Source: Macrostomum lignano (taxonomy: Eukaryota). From it: 64,000 bases of DNA. Positions 38,440 to 54,149 of the stretch are shown here, in pieces. The stretch covers positions 1-64,000 of the forward strand of contig NIVC01000397.1 of NCBI GenBank assembly GCA_002269645.1, read 5' to 3'. The translations under genes were made by a program, and so were the position numbers. The notes under the pieces were generated by a model. The model saw nothing but the letters and a program-made list of their open reading frames with translations, did no database searches and had not been told where the DNA came from. Position 1 is the first letter of the stretch; each line of letters begins with the position of its first letter.

Positions 38440-38925
38440 CGCCAAACAGAAAGCCAAACAGAGCGCTAACCGTAGCGCTAAACAAAGCGCCAAACATAGC
38501 GTCAAACAAAGCGCCAAACATAGCGCCAAACATAGCGCCAACCATAGCGCCAACCATAGCGCCAAACATAGCGCCAAACAGAGCGCCAACCTAACGCCAA
38601 CCATAGCGCCAACCATAGCGCCAACCATAGCGCCAACCATAGCGCCAACCATAGCGCCAAACATTGCGCCAAACATTGCGCCAACCATAGCGCCAAACAT
38701 AGCGCCAACCATAGCGCCAAACATAGCGCCAACCATAGGGCCAAACATAGCGCCAACCATAGCGCCAACCATAGCGCCAAAAATAGCGCCAAACATATCG
38801 CAAGCCATAGCGCCAACCATAGCGCCAAACATAGCGCCAAACAGAGCGCCAAACATAGCGCCAACCATAGCGCCAAACATAGCGCCAACCATAGCGCCAA
38901 ACATAGCGCCAACCATAGCGCCAAG
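38440..38925. repeat. 12-bp minisatellite AGCGCCAACCAT
   Basis: About 40 copies. Confidence 0.93.
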
Positions 38926-39834
38926 CACAGCACTAAAACACTGGAGCCATTTTTACTGGAGTTCCCTTTCTAAGAAAAAGCTTTCATCCGGTTCGCTTAT
39001 CTACAATACAAATCTTAACCAAATAAAGCGCAGATATTCGCGGTCCCTGTGACGTCAAACACCCATCTTCGAGCCATGGAATTGCCTACTAATGGCGACG
39101 GGTCCCTGATAAGTGGCTGATTGACCCAAATAGGAAAACCGATGCTGCAGCTGCAGCAGAAGCAGAAGACAAAGGATAAACACAAAAGATTCCAAACTGT
39201 ATTGGGGACAGATATTGAACAGGCAGATAAAACATATCTAATGGGAGATTGAGGTAGGTCGGATTACCATAATTCCCCTACGATATCCGATGGCTCCAGC
39301 CCTTGGACCCTCCCAACCTTGGACCAGTGAGGAGCGCGAGGATTTTCTTTTCGCCCAAACAATTGAGAGTTGAGGGGACTTGGGCCTGGACCACCTGCGG
39401 TTCAGTCTACCGCTCGCTTCCACGCCAGGGATTAAAAATATTGGCCAGAGCTTGCATGCGTCCCAGAGCCACAAGTGCTGATAAGCCAAGGCCAAATAGC
39501 AAACGGATGCTGGTATCACGGGGGGGGGGCCTTAGGCAATGGTTGAAGTCAAGTGCAGCCAAGCCTGGGACTGCTTACGCCAGATATTCATGGACACACG
39601 CATACACACACCGGACACGACAGGACAGCTTTGGGGGGGGAGGGGCAGACAGAATCAGGATGGGGAACAGGTATATTTATTTATCAGCAATAGACAGTGG
39701 GCAGACAGTGAAATCAAGGCGATCAAGGTTAAGATTAAGATAGGGGAATCTTGATTGCAGTCTAAATGACTGGTAGCCGCTTATTATTCTTACGGGATAA
39801 ACAACTAAGGCCTGATCATTAGAAGGTCAATCTC

Positions 39835-40050
39835 ATGGGCAATTTCTTTCAACTTCTGAGCTTCTTGGGCAATTTATTTCAACTTCTGAGCTACATGGGC
39901 AATTTCTTTCAACTTCAAAGCTTCATGGGGAATTTCTTTCAACTTCAAAAGCTTCATGGGGAATTTCCTTTAACTTCAAAGCTTCATTTGGGAATTTCCT
40001 ACAGCTTCTGAGCTTCATGGGGAATTTCCTTCAACTTCTGAGCTTTATGA
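39835..40050. repeat. ~30-bp degenerate tandem repeat GGCAATTTCTTTCAACTTCTGAGCTTCATG
   Basis: About 7 copies. Confidence 0.8.
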
Positions 40051-40729
40051 GCTGAACCCCAGCTCCGCAGGTGAATGAGCAGCAATTCGATTGACTTTAT
40101 GATTGATTAATAACCAATCAATCAGGACAGGGTTGCAGTTTTGACCGATAGTATATCTAACTCTAATGAATGAGATTTATCTGAATTGTAAAAATATGAC
40201 TGACTGATAGATATATCTCATGCATTAATTTATTGATTTTAGAGTCATGAGCAGGTTTGGCCAGTCTGTGACAACCATAATCAATCACACTGCCAGGATG
40301 CCCACGGCTAAGACCTTGGATTAACAGGGTGGCTTGCAATCAAACTTGTCAGAGTTTAATCCTATCCGCCACACTTCCCCCAGATCCCCTATCTCTTCCT
40401 ACTCATTCTTGACTAAACTGATCCCCACATGTGGGATGACGCTGATGGATTGTGTGTTTAGGAGCTGAGGGCTTCATTCTACAGTCGGAGCCCACGCGCT
40501 CACGGACCAATCTGTCTGGGCAGAATTTTTATCAAGTAATAAGCTCTGGAAAATATAACTGAATAGAACTTGTGACTGTTAGATTTCTATAGCGCGCTTG
40601 TTGGCTTGGATTGATTTGTGAGGCAATTTTTATATCAAATATTTTTTGTTAGGCGATTTTTATTTCATATTACAATAGATTAAGGGCGATTTTTTAATAT
40701 CAAATTAGTTAATGAGGCGATTCTTTTGA

Positions 40730-42440
40730 CACCAGATTAGTTGGTGAGGCGAGTCTTTCAACATTATATTAGTTTGTGAGGTGATTCTCTTGACACCGGA
40801 TTAGTTTGTGAGGCGATTCTTTTGACACCAGATTAGTTTGTGGGGCGATTCTTTTGACATCAGATTAGTTTGTGGGGCGATTCTTTTGACACCAGATTAG
40901 TTTATGGGGCGATTGTTTTGACACCAGATTAGTTTGTGAGGCGATTCTTTTGACATCAGTTTAGTTTGTGGCGCGATTCTTTTAACATCAGTTTAGTTTG
41001 TGGGGCGATTCTTTTGACACCAGTAAAGTTTGTGGGGCGATTCTTTTGACACCAGTAAAGTTTGTGAGGCGATTGTTTTGACATTAGATTAGTTTGTGAG
41101 GCGATTCTTTTGACACCAGATTAGTTTGTGAGGCGATTCTTTTAACATCAGATTAGTTTGTGGGGCGATTCTTTTGACACCAAATTAGTTTGTGAGGTGA
41201 TTCTTTTGACACCAGATTAGTTTGTGGGGCGATTCTTTTGACACCAGATTAGTTTGTGAGGCGATTCTTTTGACACCAGATTAGTTTGTGAGGCGATTCT
41301 TTTAACATCAGATTAGTTTGTGAGGCGATTCTTTTGGCATAAGATTAGTTTGTGGGGCGATTCTTTTGACACCAGATTAGCTTGTGAGGCGATTCTTTTG
41401 ACACCAGATTAGTTTGTGGGGCGATTCTTTTGACACCAGATTAGCTTGTGAGGCGATTCTTTTAACATCAGATTAGTTTGTGAGGCGATTCTTTTGGCAT
41501 AAGATTAGTTTGTGGGGCGATTCTTTTGACACCAGATTAGCTTGTGAGGCGATTCTTTTGACACCAGATTAGTTTGTGGGGCGATTCTTTTGACACCAGA
41601 TAAGCTTGTGAGGCGATTCTTTTGACACCAGATTAGTTTGTGAGGCGATTCTTTTGACACCAGATTAGTTTGTGGGGCGATTCTTTTGACACCAGATTAG
41701 TTTGTGGGGCGATTCTTTTGACACCAGATTAGCTTGTGAGGCGATTCTTTTGACACCAGATTAGTTTGTGAGGCGATTCTTTTGACACCAGATTAGTTTG
41801 TGGGGCGATTCTTTTGACACCAGATTAGTTTGTGAGGCGATTCTTTTAACATCAGATTAGTTTGAGGCGATTCTTTTGGCATAAGATTAGTTTGTGGGGT
41901 GATTCTTTTGACATCTGTTTAGTTTGTGGGGCGATTCTTTTGACATTAGATTAGTTTGTGGGGCGATTCTTTTGACACCAGATTAGTTTGCGGGGCGATT
42001 CTTTTGACACCAGTAAAGTTTGTGAGGCGATTGTTTTGGCATTAGATTAGTTTGCCAGGCGATTCTTTTGACACCAGATTAGTTTGTGAGGTGATTCTTT
42101 TGACACCAGATTAGTTTGTGGGGCGATTCTTTTGACACCAGATTAGTTTGTGAGGTGATTCTTTTGACATCAGATTAGTTTGTGGGGCGATTCTTTCAAC
42201 ATTAGATTAGTTTGTGAGGTGATTCTTTTAACATTAGATTAGTTTGTGAGGTGATTCTTTTAACATCAGATTAGTTTGTGGGGCGATTCTTTTGACATTA
42301 GATTACGAGTAGTTTGTAAAGCGATTCTTTTGACACCAGATTAGTTGGTGACGCGATTCTATTGACATCAGATTAGTTTGTGAGGCGATTCTTTTGGTAC
42401 CATTTAAGTTTGTGAGGCGATTCTTTTGACACCGGATTAG
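40730..42440. repeat. 32-bp minisatellite GGCGATTCTTTTGACACCAGATTAGTTTGTGA
   Basis: About 53 copies. Confidence 0.95.
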
Positions 42441-43224
42441 TTTGTGATGTAAGGCATTATTTCCCTTTTCAGTCAGTTTCAAATCAAATTTATCTGTCGC
42501 ACTTATTCCTACTAGTTCAATCTAAATTTAAATCAAACTCTGAAATAGACTCAAAGTCGCACTTCCGTAGATGTGTTTTTCAAATCCCACTAGCCATCAA
42601 AATCTGGCATGAGACCCGAATCAGACACGCTGAGATGAGCACCAAAAAACTCGAGAGGATAAATTCACCACCGAGGGAAGATGGACTGATGAGGCAGAAG
42701 AGGCAGACAGAAAGAAAGTTCGAAGGACTTTGAACACTCGCTCCGTGTGGTTCTCATTTGCGATAACAGGATTAGCTTTAGTTAAGCTCGGACCGGGCCT
42801 CTGAAACTGCGGGAGTTCTTTCGCTTCTTCATCAAGAAGCTCTCTTACTGTCTTTCAGAATCCCCTGAACTCACTCGGCTGCTCAGAGAGGCACTCGAAC
42901 CTCAATCCTCTGTTGCTCTCGTGTCACATAAGGCTAGGAGAAGTTTTTTTTGACGACTCGCTCGCTGCTCATCTTTTTTCGAAGATAATTCGAACTTGCA
43001 CAAGTTAGTTAAGAAGAGCAGCACAAATTGAGTTAGTTAGCGAAAAGTTGTACGGTGTAGTGTTTCTTGGAAAATTTATGGAACTTCTGAGACTAGAGAT
43101 TAAGACATGTACTGTGTGTCCTGAGGACAGCGAGCGAACTCTCTCAAAGTCTTATGAAGATACTGATATCCTTTGAAGCTTTTAATAGACGGCAGTCTCT
43201 CTCCAAGAATGCCCCCCCCCCCCT

Positions 43225-43645
43225 ATTCCCAGATTGGCGCCCCCTATTGCAAGAACAGGGCCCCCTATTCCAAGAATGGCGCCCCCTATTCCAAGAATGG
43301 CGCCCCCCTATTCCCAGATTGGCGCCCCCTATTCCAAGATTGGCGCCCCTTATTCCAAGAATGGCGCCCTCAATTCCAAGATTGGCGCCCCTTATTCCAA
43401 GATTGGCGCCATCAATTCCAAGATTGGCGCCCCTTATTCCAAGATTGGCGCCCCCTTATTCCAAGAATGGCGCCCCCTATTTCAAGAATGGCGCCCCCTA
43501 TTCCAAGAATGGCGCCCCCCTATTCCCAGATTGGCGCCCCCTATTGCAAGAATGGCGCCCTCAATTCCAAAAATGGCGCCCCCTATTCCAAGAATGGCGC
43601 CCTCAATTCTAAGAATGGCGCCCCCTATTCCAAAATTGGCGCCAA
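43225..43645. repeat. ~21-bp GGCGCC-core minisatellite TTCCAAGAATGGCGCCCCCTA
   Basis: About 19 copies. Confidence 0.92.
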
Positions 43646-44289
43646 CTTTCCCAGGATAACATAATCCTGTTGCACAGATTCCGGGTGCTATGCAAAAAAT
43701 TACATCGGGACGTGGGAAAAAGAAAAATAGAGAGAAAATTCCGAACTACGAGCCAATTATAATTATCTCAGGCGAATCCGGTTAACTTAACTAGGATGAG
43801 GCAAGCAGGCAGGCATGCGACGGAGAAAGAGAAAAGAAGATTTTGGATAAGAAAAGCGAATTCCCAGTGTCCGAGCAGCGTTTAGACAGTCAGTGATAAG
43901 ATAGATACGGCTATTTGAATTCCGAAGTAGCTCGTAGTTCCTCGGTGACTCAACCATCGAGTCACCCCCAGATTCTTCCCTAAAGACTAGAAAATCTACA
44001 GCTAGGAAGAGACTGAAGGCACAAATAATTGGAAGAAAAATTACTGTTAAAGAGGACTTAAGGGGGAAAGACAGATACGAGTTCCTTTTGAATTGGGAGA
44101 TAAGTAATCCATAGCTGACAACTTGCACATATTCTTAAGATTTGTTGTCTTGATGATTTTCTAATCTCTCTGTGGCGATTGTGAAAGTTCAATTAAAAGC
44201 CAATCAGTTCTGGAGTTTGCAGCTCTGCTTGTTTTTAAGTATTTAAATTGCTAATAATTAAAGTACTTTATGCGATTTTTCAAGCTTAG

Positions 44290-44770
44290 TTTATGGCGAT
44301 TCTTTGGAGATTCTTTATGGTTTTATGGCAATTATTTATGGCTTTATGGCAATTATTTATGGCTGCTTATAGCAATTATTTAGAGTTGTTTATGGGACTG
44401 TTTAGATCTATTTATGGCGATTATTTAGGGCTGTTTATGGCGATTTTTAATGGCTTTATGGCAATTATTTATGGCTGTTTATGGCGCTTATTTACGGCTA
44501 CTTATGGTAATTATTTAGAATTGTTTATAAGACTGTTTAGGTCAGTTTATGGCGATTATTTAGGGCTATTTATGGCGACTACTTAGGGCTGTTTATAGCG
44601 ATTATGTAGGGCTGTTTTTGGCGATTATTTAGGGTTGTTTATGGCAGTTATTTAGAACCGTTGTTGTATCTAGTGACTATTTATGGCTGTTCATGGCGAT
44701 TATTCAGGGTTGTTTCTAGCGATTTTTAGGGCTGTTTTAGCGATTATTATTGACCGTTTATGACAATTAT
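44290..44770. repeat. Degenerate TTATGGCGATTATTT repeat
   Basis: Direct reading. Confidence 0.75.
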
Positions 44771-45754
44771 TAATGACAGTTTTTGTTGATTTTTGTTTCC
44801 TAATTATTGAAGGTTTGATAAGGAATCAAATTTTGTAAAGTTTAAATTCCTAAATGAAGCGATAAAAATTCATTTTTAGAAAGCGTAAACGCGCTGGTAT
44901 GAGTGACTAATTGACATTGTTTTTCAATTCACTAAGCAGTTTATGCTAGAAAATTGACACTTTCACATCTAGCACGGGTCTGACACTCGTGCCGGAGACC
45001 CTGGTTCACTTGGGGCCTGTGTGTGCATGAACATTGGCCAACCCCAAGGTACACCGAGAATGTACATGCCTGACGATATGTGCCTATATGTACTCAGGAG
45101 CCAGCGGGACGGGCAGAACGTCAACATTAGTTGCGGGACGATGTCCTCCTATACGAATAATCATTATGCATTAGACATCTTTATATACTCGAACGTGTAC
45201 AATTTCTAAAAAAACACAAATATTACCAGGGCCTCTTTTTATAGGTATAACCTCGTGGCACACGGCAGATAAAGAGAGCTGCTTTGGAGAGAGAGAGGCA
45301 GACTAGAAGCGAAGTTCGAGTGGCTGCTCCAGGGGCTCCTCAATTCCATCTTGATTGATCTGGGGGGGGGGGGTTGCAGCATCCACCGCCACCCCCCCTT
45401 CAAAACCCCCTGGCGTCTCCTCAGTCACCCTCTATCAGGCGGCGGCCGCAGCTCCATATATTCAATATAGCTACTTTGAGGCTGGCACGGATGACTCTTA
45501 TCGGCTCGATTCTGTCTCATCCCCCTCTCTCTATTCTTAACTAACTAATGCTTCGAGTGAGTCCAAGCGGAGAGAAGAGGGCGCCGGCCGGCCAAACTCA
45601 TCATCGTTTATCCACCGAAAACGGCTGGCCGGGAGGGGCGGCGGCGATGCTGACTCAGCGGGGAGCCGCCAGACTGACTCGACTGCTGCTATTGCCTTGG
45701 TAGTTTCTAGATTTTTGAGCATAGGCATTTATTTTTCTGTGTCATATTTACTTA

Positions 45755-46570
<816 letters not shown>

Positions 46571-46907
46571 TATCCCCTTCAAGTCCCCTGCGTTTCTGCA
46601 GATATATAGTACAGTTAAGTTGATAATTAATGTGTCTCAGATTTTGTTGGAGTACTCGTACACCTGCACCAAAAAACTATTGTCTGTCCTCCAGAAGCAG
46701 ACTGGCGGAGGAATAATTTGATAAGGTTATACACTCGCACTACAGTTTTAATAACATTGCGAGACTAAAAAAAGAAGAAAAAATCTTTTTGTCTCAGCTG
46801 TCAGTCAATTCATTTTTTAAACTTTAGATTATAAAAGCCAACGGATTCGGGCAGCTCAAGACTAACAGACAAAGACGACGGAAGCAGGCAGCTCGCTTGA
46901 GAGGATG

Positions 46908-47526
46908 TCACTGAAAACCAGGAGCAGGTGTCAGTGCATCTTTCTCTGACTCACCGGCTTGCCGCCTTCATGATGTTGTGGCAGGTTCTTGAAAAATTAA
47001 TTAGGAAATCCAGTCAGACATTTTTGTTTAAAAGATATAGAGAGACAGAGTGACTAAAGGACAACCTTACTGATAGGTATTCCTCCCTAAAGACAGACAG
47101 GACAGGACAAACAAGAAGACAGACAAACAAACAGAGTCCAGAAGGCAAAAGGCGGACACTACAGACAAAAAATATATAGAAAAAAACAAGCACGGACGGA
47201 CAGACAGGCTGAACAATAGACACAGGCAAACAGACAGACAGACAGACAGAGAGACACACAGACAGACAAAATTATCTAACACAGACACAGGCGACAGTAG
47301 GCCAGCTATCAGTCAAAAATCCCAATAGCAATCCCGGCCTACTGAAGGTTGGCCTCTATTCTCACCTTTCATCTCTTCTTCCCAGAGCTCTCCTCTATCT
47401 GCGTTCTTATCTCACCTGGCGAGCAGTCACCTGGATAGCAACGTCATATGTCGGTGCAATGCCCCAAGTAGGGTCTGCAGCCTTAGTCTGTCTAGACACA
47501 CCGTTCCCCATAATTTTCCATCCTCT
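46908..47526 (-). CDS. Candidate spliced small ORF of unknown function
   Basis: Exon-like segments 47416-47526 and 46955-46987, plus a 44-nt intron 46911-46954 with canonical GTGAGT, CTGAC and TTTTCAG signals. Reading frame unproven. Confidence 0.3.
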
Positions 47527-47919
47527 CTGAGCGGGAGAAAAATAGAATGAAAAATCGAAGGGAATTATTCTAGCCTTGCACAAAAAAATAAACCAGCGCT
47601 GCATCTGAAGAGACGATTTTTTCTAGGAAAAAAGTAACCCCATAGACACATGGCGGTGTTTGTCAGATTTTCTGAATTGGCTCATTATTAGCGCACAGCC
47701 CAGGTAGAGGCGAGCGGGCCCAGAGTAGAATAAAGGCAAATGCCGACAGGTGCGGTGAGTTGAGCCTCTCAGCACCCTCCTCACTTAAATGTCTGTCAGG
47801 CTGACTCAACCTTTTTGACTTCTGTAAGCTGCGTGCTTTTTGCATAATCGTTTTTGCTTCAAATCAGTGATTCCCGCTTGCCGCACTGCTGACTGCTGGC
47901 ACAGGTATGCCTGTGTTTG

Positions 47920-48081
47920 CCTGCCTGCCTGCCTGTCTGTCTGTCTGCCTGCCTGCCTGTCTGTCTGTCTGTCTGTCTGCCTGCCTGTCAGTCTGTCTGT
48001 CTGTCTGTCTGTCTGTCTGGCTGTCTGTCTGTCTGTCTGCCTGCCTGCCTGTCTGTCTGTCTGTCTGTCTGTCTGTCTGCC

Positions 48082-48170
<89 letters not shown>

Positions 48171-48177
48171 GCCTGCC

Positions 48178-48218
<41 letters not shown>

Positions 48219-48255
48219 GCCTGCCTGCCTGCCTGCCTGTCTGTCTGTCTGTCTC

Positions 48256-48318
<63 letters not shown>

Positions 48319-48359
48319 GCCTGCCTGCCTGCCTGCCTGTCTGTCTGTCTGTCTGTCTC

Positions 48360-48398
<39 letters not shown>

Positions 48399-48400
48399 GA
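47920..48400. repeat. (TGTC)n microsatellite
   Basis: Direct reading. Confidence 0.97.
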
Positions 48401-48869
48401 CTCATCCAGCTTGGCTTGCTCTTTCCGCCCGGATGCAGTGCATTAAAAGCAACAATGAAAACGAGAATGAGCTGAAACTAGAGATAAAAAAACGGATCAT
48501 TCCAGCAGACAGTCGGCAGGAAAATTTTAGCCTTCTCAGCAATCGAAGCGGCAAATAAGGAAACAATGGGGCCCGCATCGCATCGCCTGATTCAGTGAAT
48601 GCGAAAAAAGCAGAACAACAATGCACTTGACTGGGCTGTCATTGTTTATTTCATGTGCTGCAGCCCACAACTCCCAGGGCCACAGCAATTACGGAATTAA
48701 ATTACCAGAAAACAAGCAATAATAAAAACACTTTTTAACAGACTCATTTATTTCACATGAAATTAATTTAGCTATTAATTTAGCAGACGATTTATTCTGA
48801 GTAAAGCCTGATGGCTGTTCCGAGTTCAGTCCCGCAATCGCCGACAATTTCTCATAACCCAAATTCCCA

Positions 48870-49345
48870 ACCGAACCTCAGAGTCCCGAATCCCAACCGA
48901 GTCCCAGAGTCCCGAATCCCAACCGAGTCCCAGAGTCCCAAATTCCAACCCGAGTCTCAGAGTCCCGAATCCAAACCGAGTCCCAGAGTCCCAAATCTCA
49001 ACCCGAGTCCCAGAGTCCCAAATCCCAACCGAGTCCCAGAGTTTCAAATCCCAACCCGAGTCCCAGAGTCTCAAATCCCAACCGAGTCCCAAAGTCCCAA
49101 ATACCAACCGACCCGAGTCCCAGAGTCCCAAATACCAACCGACCCGAGTCCCAGAGTCCCAAATCCCAACCGACCCGAGTCCCAAATCCCAACAGTCTCA
49201 GAGTCCCAAATCCCAACCGAGTTCCAGAGTCCCAAATCCCAACCGACCCGAGTCCCAGAGTCCCAAATCCCAACCGAGTCTCAAAGTCCCAAATCCCAAC
49301 CGAGTCTCAAAGTCCCAAATCCCAACCGAGTCTCAAAGTCCAAAA
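48870..49345. repeat. C-rich minisatellite CCGAGTCCCAGAGTCCCAAATCCCAA
   Basis: Direct reading; lies just downstream of the FDXACB1 stop codon. Confidence 0.9.
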
Positions 49346-49374
49346 ACCTAACCGAGAACTCATTTCCAAGGCCG

Positions 49375-49910
49375 TCACCTCAGCCGGAGCCCCGGCACCG
49401 AGCTCTGCAACAACAAGCGCAGTTCAGACTGGATTCTGTGCGCAGTCAGAGAATCCAAAGCCGCCTGCAAACTGCTGTAAGTCACCCGATAGCACAGGCT
49501 GGTCAGTCCGTCATTCTCGCTTCGATACCTGTCAATCAGCTGCACTGACGCCAGGCTGAGATCTGACAGCGCCAGAGCCAGGCCAACAATCTGACGATTC
49601 AAACTGGATAATTCATTGTCATCAACAGGCCCTTCAAACCAGAAGCTGACATCGTGGCGGTGCCTCAGCGGCCACAGAGGCGCCACTCTGCTGTTGGCGG
49701 ACTTCTCAATCAGCTTCAGTAGAGACAGGGGAGGCACTAGTAGGATTCGAACCTCGGACCACGACTGGTTAATTGCTAATCGGGAGGTAATCTGGGCGCC
49801 AATGAGAGTAGAGGAGCCGCATAGCAACAGCCAGGCTACCCGATTTTGGTTGCCATGACAACAAGCCGGCGGCGGGCAAAGCTGATTGAATTGATTGAAG
49901 ACTTGTTGGG
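49375..49910 (-). CDS. FDXACB1: FDXACB1 last exon (ferredoxin-fold anticodon-binding domain)
   Basis: ctttcag| phase 1; RHDVSFW...VQLIDRYR...TSLCYRVTYSS...LRLR*, the FDX-ACB domain. Confidence 0.88.
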
Positions 49911-49973
49911 CTGAAAGCGAGGAAAACAATTTTTATTAAGAAGAATTAGCCGCTACCAATAGAAAGATGGAGA

Positions 49974-50655
<682 letters not shown>

Positions 50656-51244
50656 CCAATAAAAATGTCTGTATGCCTGAAAGCTCCTTTACTTGTCTGT
50701 TGTGTCCGTGTGTCTATCAGTTCGCGTGCAAAAATTTCATACACAATGGACACAAACGGAGAATGCAAGGTTCAAACATCAGGTCCCAGAAAAGACATCC
50801 AACACACTAACAAACACACGGAAACAAACATTATTTTGAACTGTATCAACAGATCATTCAGATTTTGAAACAGTCGTTATATATTAAACAGATAATACTG
50901 ACTGATAAGGCAGCAAAATATCAGAAAAAATCAGAGTCCCAGTTAGCGGTCTGCAGAGTGAGCTCACAGTGAGCATCGAACAAGTCAGCCAAACTCCCGT
51001 TAGGAGAACACGGACACGTGAATGAATGAGTCATAAAAATCCCAGTCTCTCAGTGTTGCCGAGGCGGTTTCTCACATCTTTCTGAGCTGGCCGGAATCGC
51101 GAACAGAGCTTTATAAGCTGCTACCGGGATAACAGATCAGGGAGTCTGAGTGCAACATCTGGGATAGCTAGGCTTGGCAACATTCCGCTATTAATGAACT
51201 TTAGAAAGAGCTGGAAAGATAAAGATGACAGATTACAAGATCTA

Positions 51245-51810
51245 GACAAAAGATCTACACATCTAGACACAGGATCCCACATCTAGACACAGGATCCCAC
51301 ATCTAGACACGAAATCCCCACATCCAGGCACAGGATCCCCACATCCAGGCACAGGATCCCCACATCCAGGCACAGGATCCTCACATCCAGGCACAGAATC
51401 CCCACATCCAGGCACAGGATCGCCACATCCAGGCACAGAATCCCCACATCCAGGCACGGGATCCCCACATCCAGGCACAGGATCCCCACATCCAGACACA
51501 GGATCGCCACATCCAGGCACAGGATCAACACATCCAGGCACAGGATCCCAGATCTAGATATATGAAACCCACATCAACACAGTCAGACAAATCTAGACGC
51601 AAGATCCCATCATCTAGACACGAGATCTTCACATCTAAACACGAGATCCCCACATCAAGACGCGAGATCCCAACATCTAGAAGCACATGAGATCCCTGCA
51701 TGTAGAAACGGGATCTCCACATCTAGAAACGAGATGCCCGCATCTAGACACGAGGTCCCAACAACTAGACACAAGATCCCAACATCTACATAAGATCGAC
51801 GCATCTAGAC
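51245..51810. repeat. 21-bp minisatellite AGGCACAGGATCCCCACATCC
   Basis: Direct reading; degenerate at the edges. Confidence 0.9.
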
Positions 51811-51827
51811 AAGTAGCATCTACTCAC

Positions 51828-52283
51828 CCTCCTCTCCGACCAGTAATCTGAGCTCTGGCCACCGCAGTCGAATACCGGATTCCGAATCATCGTCAAGGCT
51901 TGCTAGAATTCGATTCAGCAATCGGTCACCCAGGCCGCCTCCATCCACAACCGCGGTCTCGGGACAGACTAGAGCGAGTTGCCAGTACCATACTGTATCG
52001 CTCAAGTTCAAATCTTCATCAGAGTGAGCATTCCTCTGAGATGCTGAGCCAGTGCAAAGCAGACAGTCAAGATTCACAATGCAGGATGCTTGACACGCTG
52101 TTGACGAAGACTCGAGAAGCTGCCGTTGAACTGATGTCAAGCCGGGGCAATGGGTGTAAGCGATGGGCGAAGACTTTGACGATGCACTTTTGGCGATGGG
52201 GTAAAGAGGATACGAGGATGATGTTGAGGTCTCTGTTGTCAGGCTGGGTGGCAACTGACAAACTTCTGCAGCATTTAAATCCT
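51828..52283 (-). CDS. FDXACB1: FDXACB1 internal exon
   Basis: ttgcag|...|gtgagt, 456 bp, open frame, phase 1-1 linking the flanking exons; sequence similarity itself is weak. Confidence 0.7.
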
Positions 52284-52307
52284 CTGCAATGGCATAAAAT
52301 GATTCTG

Positions 52308-53110
52308 CCTTCGGTTTGATGATTCTGTGTTCGGTTTGATGATTCTGTGTTCTGTTTGATGATTCTGTGTGTTCGGTTTGATGATTCTGTGTTCGGTTTG
52401 ATGATTCTGTGTTCGGTTTGATGATTGTGTGTTCGGTTTGATGATTGTGTGTTCGGTTTGATGATCCTGTGTTCGGTTTAATGATTCTGTGTTCGGTTTG
52501 ATGATTGTGTGTTCGGTTTGATGATCCTGTGTTCGGTTTGATGATTCTGTGTTCTGTTTGATGATTCTGTGTTCGGTTTGATGATTCTGTGTTCGGTTTG
52601 ATGATTGTGTGTTCGGTTTGATGATCCTGTGTTCGGTTTGATGATTCTGTGTTCGCTTTGATGATTCTGTGTTCGCTTTGATGATTCTGTGTTCGCTTTG
52701 ATGATTCTGTGTTCGGTTTGATGATTCTGTTTTCGGTTTAATGATTTTGTGTTCGCTTTGATGATTCTGTGTTCGGTTTGATGATTCTGTGTTCGCTTTG
52801 ATGATTCTGTGTTCGCTTTGATGATTTTGTGTTCGCTTTGATGATTCTGTGTTCGGTTTAATGATTTTGTGTTCGCTTTGATGATTCTGTGTTCGGTTTG
52901 ATGATTCTGTGTTCGCTTTGATGATTCTGTGTTCGGTTTGATGATTCTGTGTTCGGTTTGATGATTCTGTGTTCGGTTTGATGATTCTGTGTTCGGTTTG
53001 ATGATTCTGTGTTCGGTTTGATGATTCTGTGTTCGGTTTGATGATTCTGTGTTCGGTTTGATGATTCTGTGTTCGGTTTGATGATCCTGTGTTCGGTTTG
53101 ATGATTGTGT
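52308..53110. repeat. 20-bp minisatellite GTTCGGTTTGATGATTCTGT
   Basis: About 40 copies. Confidence 0.96.
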
Positions 53111-53117
53111 AAGTTCA

Positions 53118-53402
<285 letters not shown>

Positions 53403-53650
53403 TCAATCATTGATTTGCCTTATTTTAAAATATAAGTGTCATACACTCTGGCAGTCATTCTGACACCCTGACAGTCATTCTGACACCCTGACAGTCATCC
53501 TGACACCCTGACAGTCATTCTGACACCCTGACAGTCATTCTGGCATACTCTGACAGTCATTCTGACATCCTGAAAGTTGCTTTGACACTCTGACAGAAGC
53601 TTTGCTTAGCCCTGATAGCAATTGTAATCAAATAAGTTCCACTAGCTTCA

Positions 53651-54052
<402 letters not shown>

Positions 54053-54149
54053 TTAGACCAACATCTTCCTTGTTGGATGTCTAAATTTGATTCCCCGAGT
54101 TTCCTTTGGATTCTCTGCATCCTTAGATCTAGTAGATTCTCCGCTACCT

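Noticed and set aside
42690-42860. Minus-strand frame with ANENHTERVFK resembling a transposase C-terminus
   Set aside because: Single weak motif surrounded by stops
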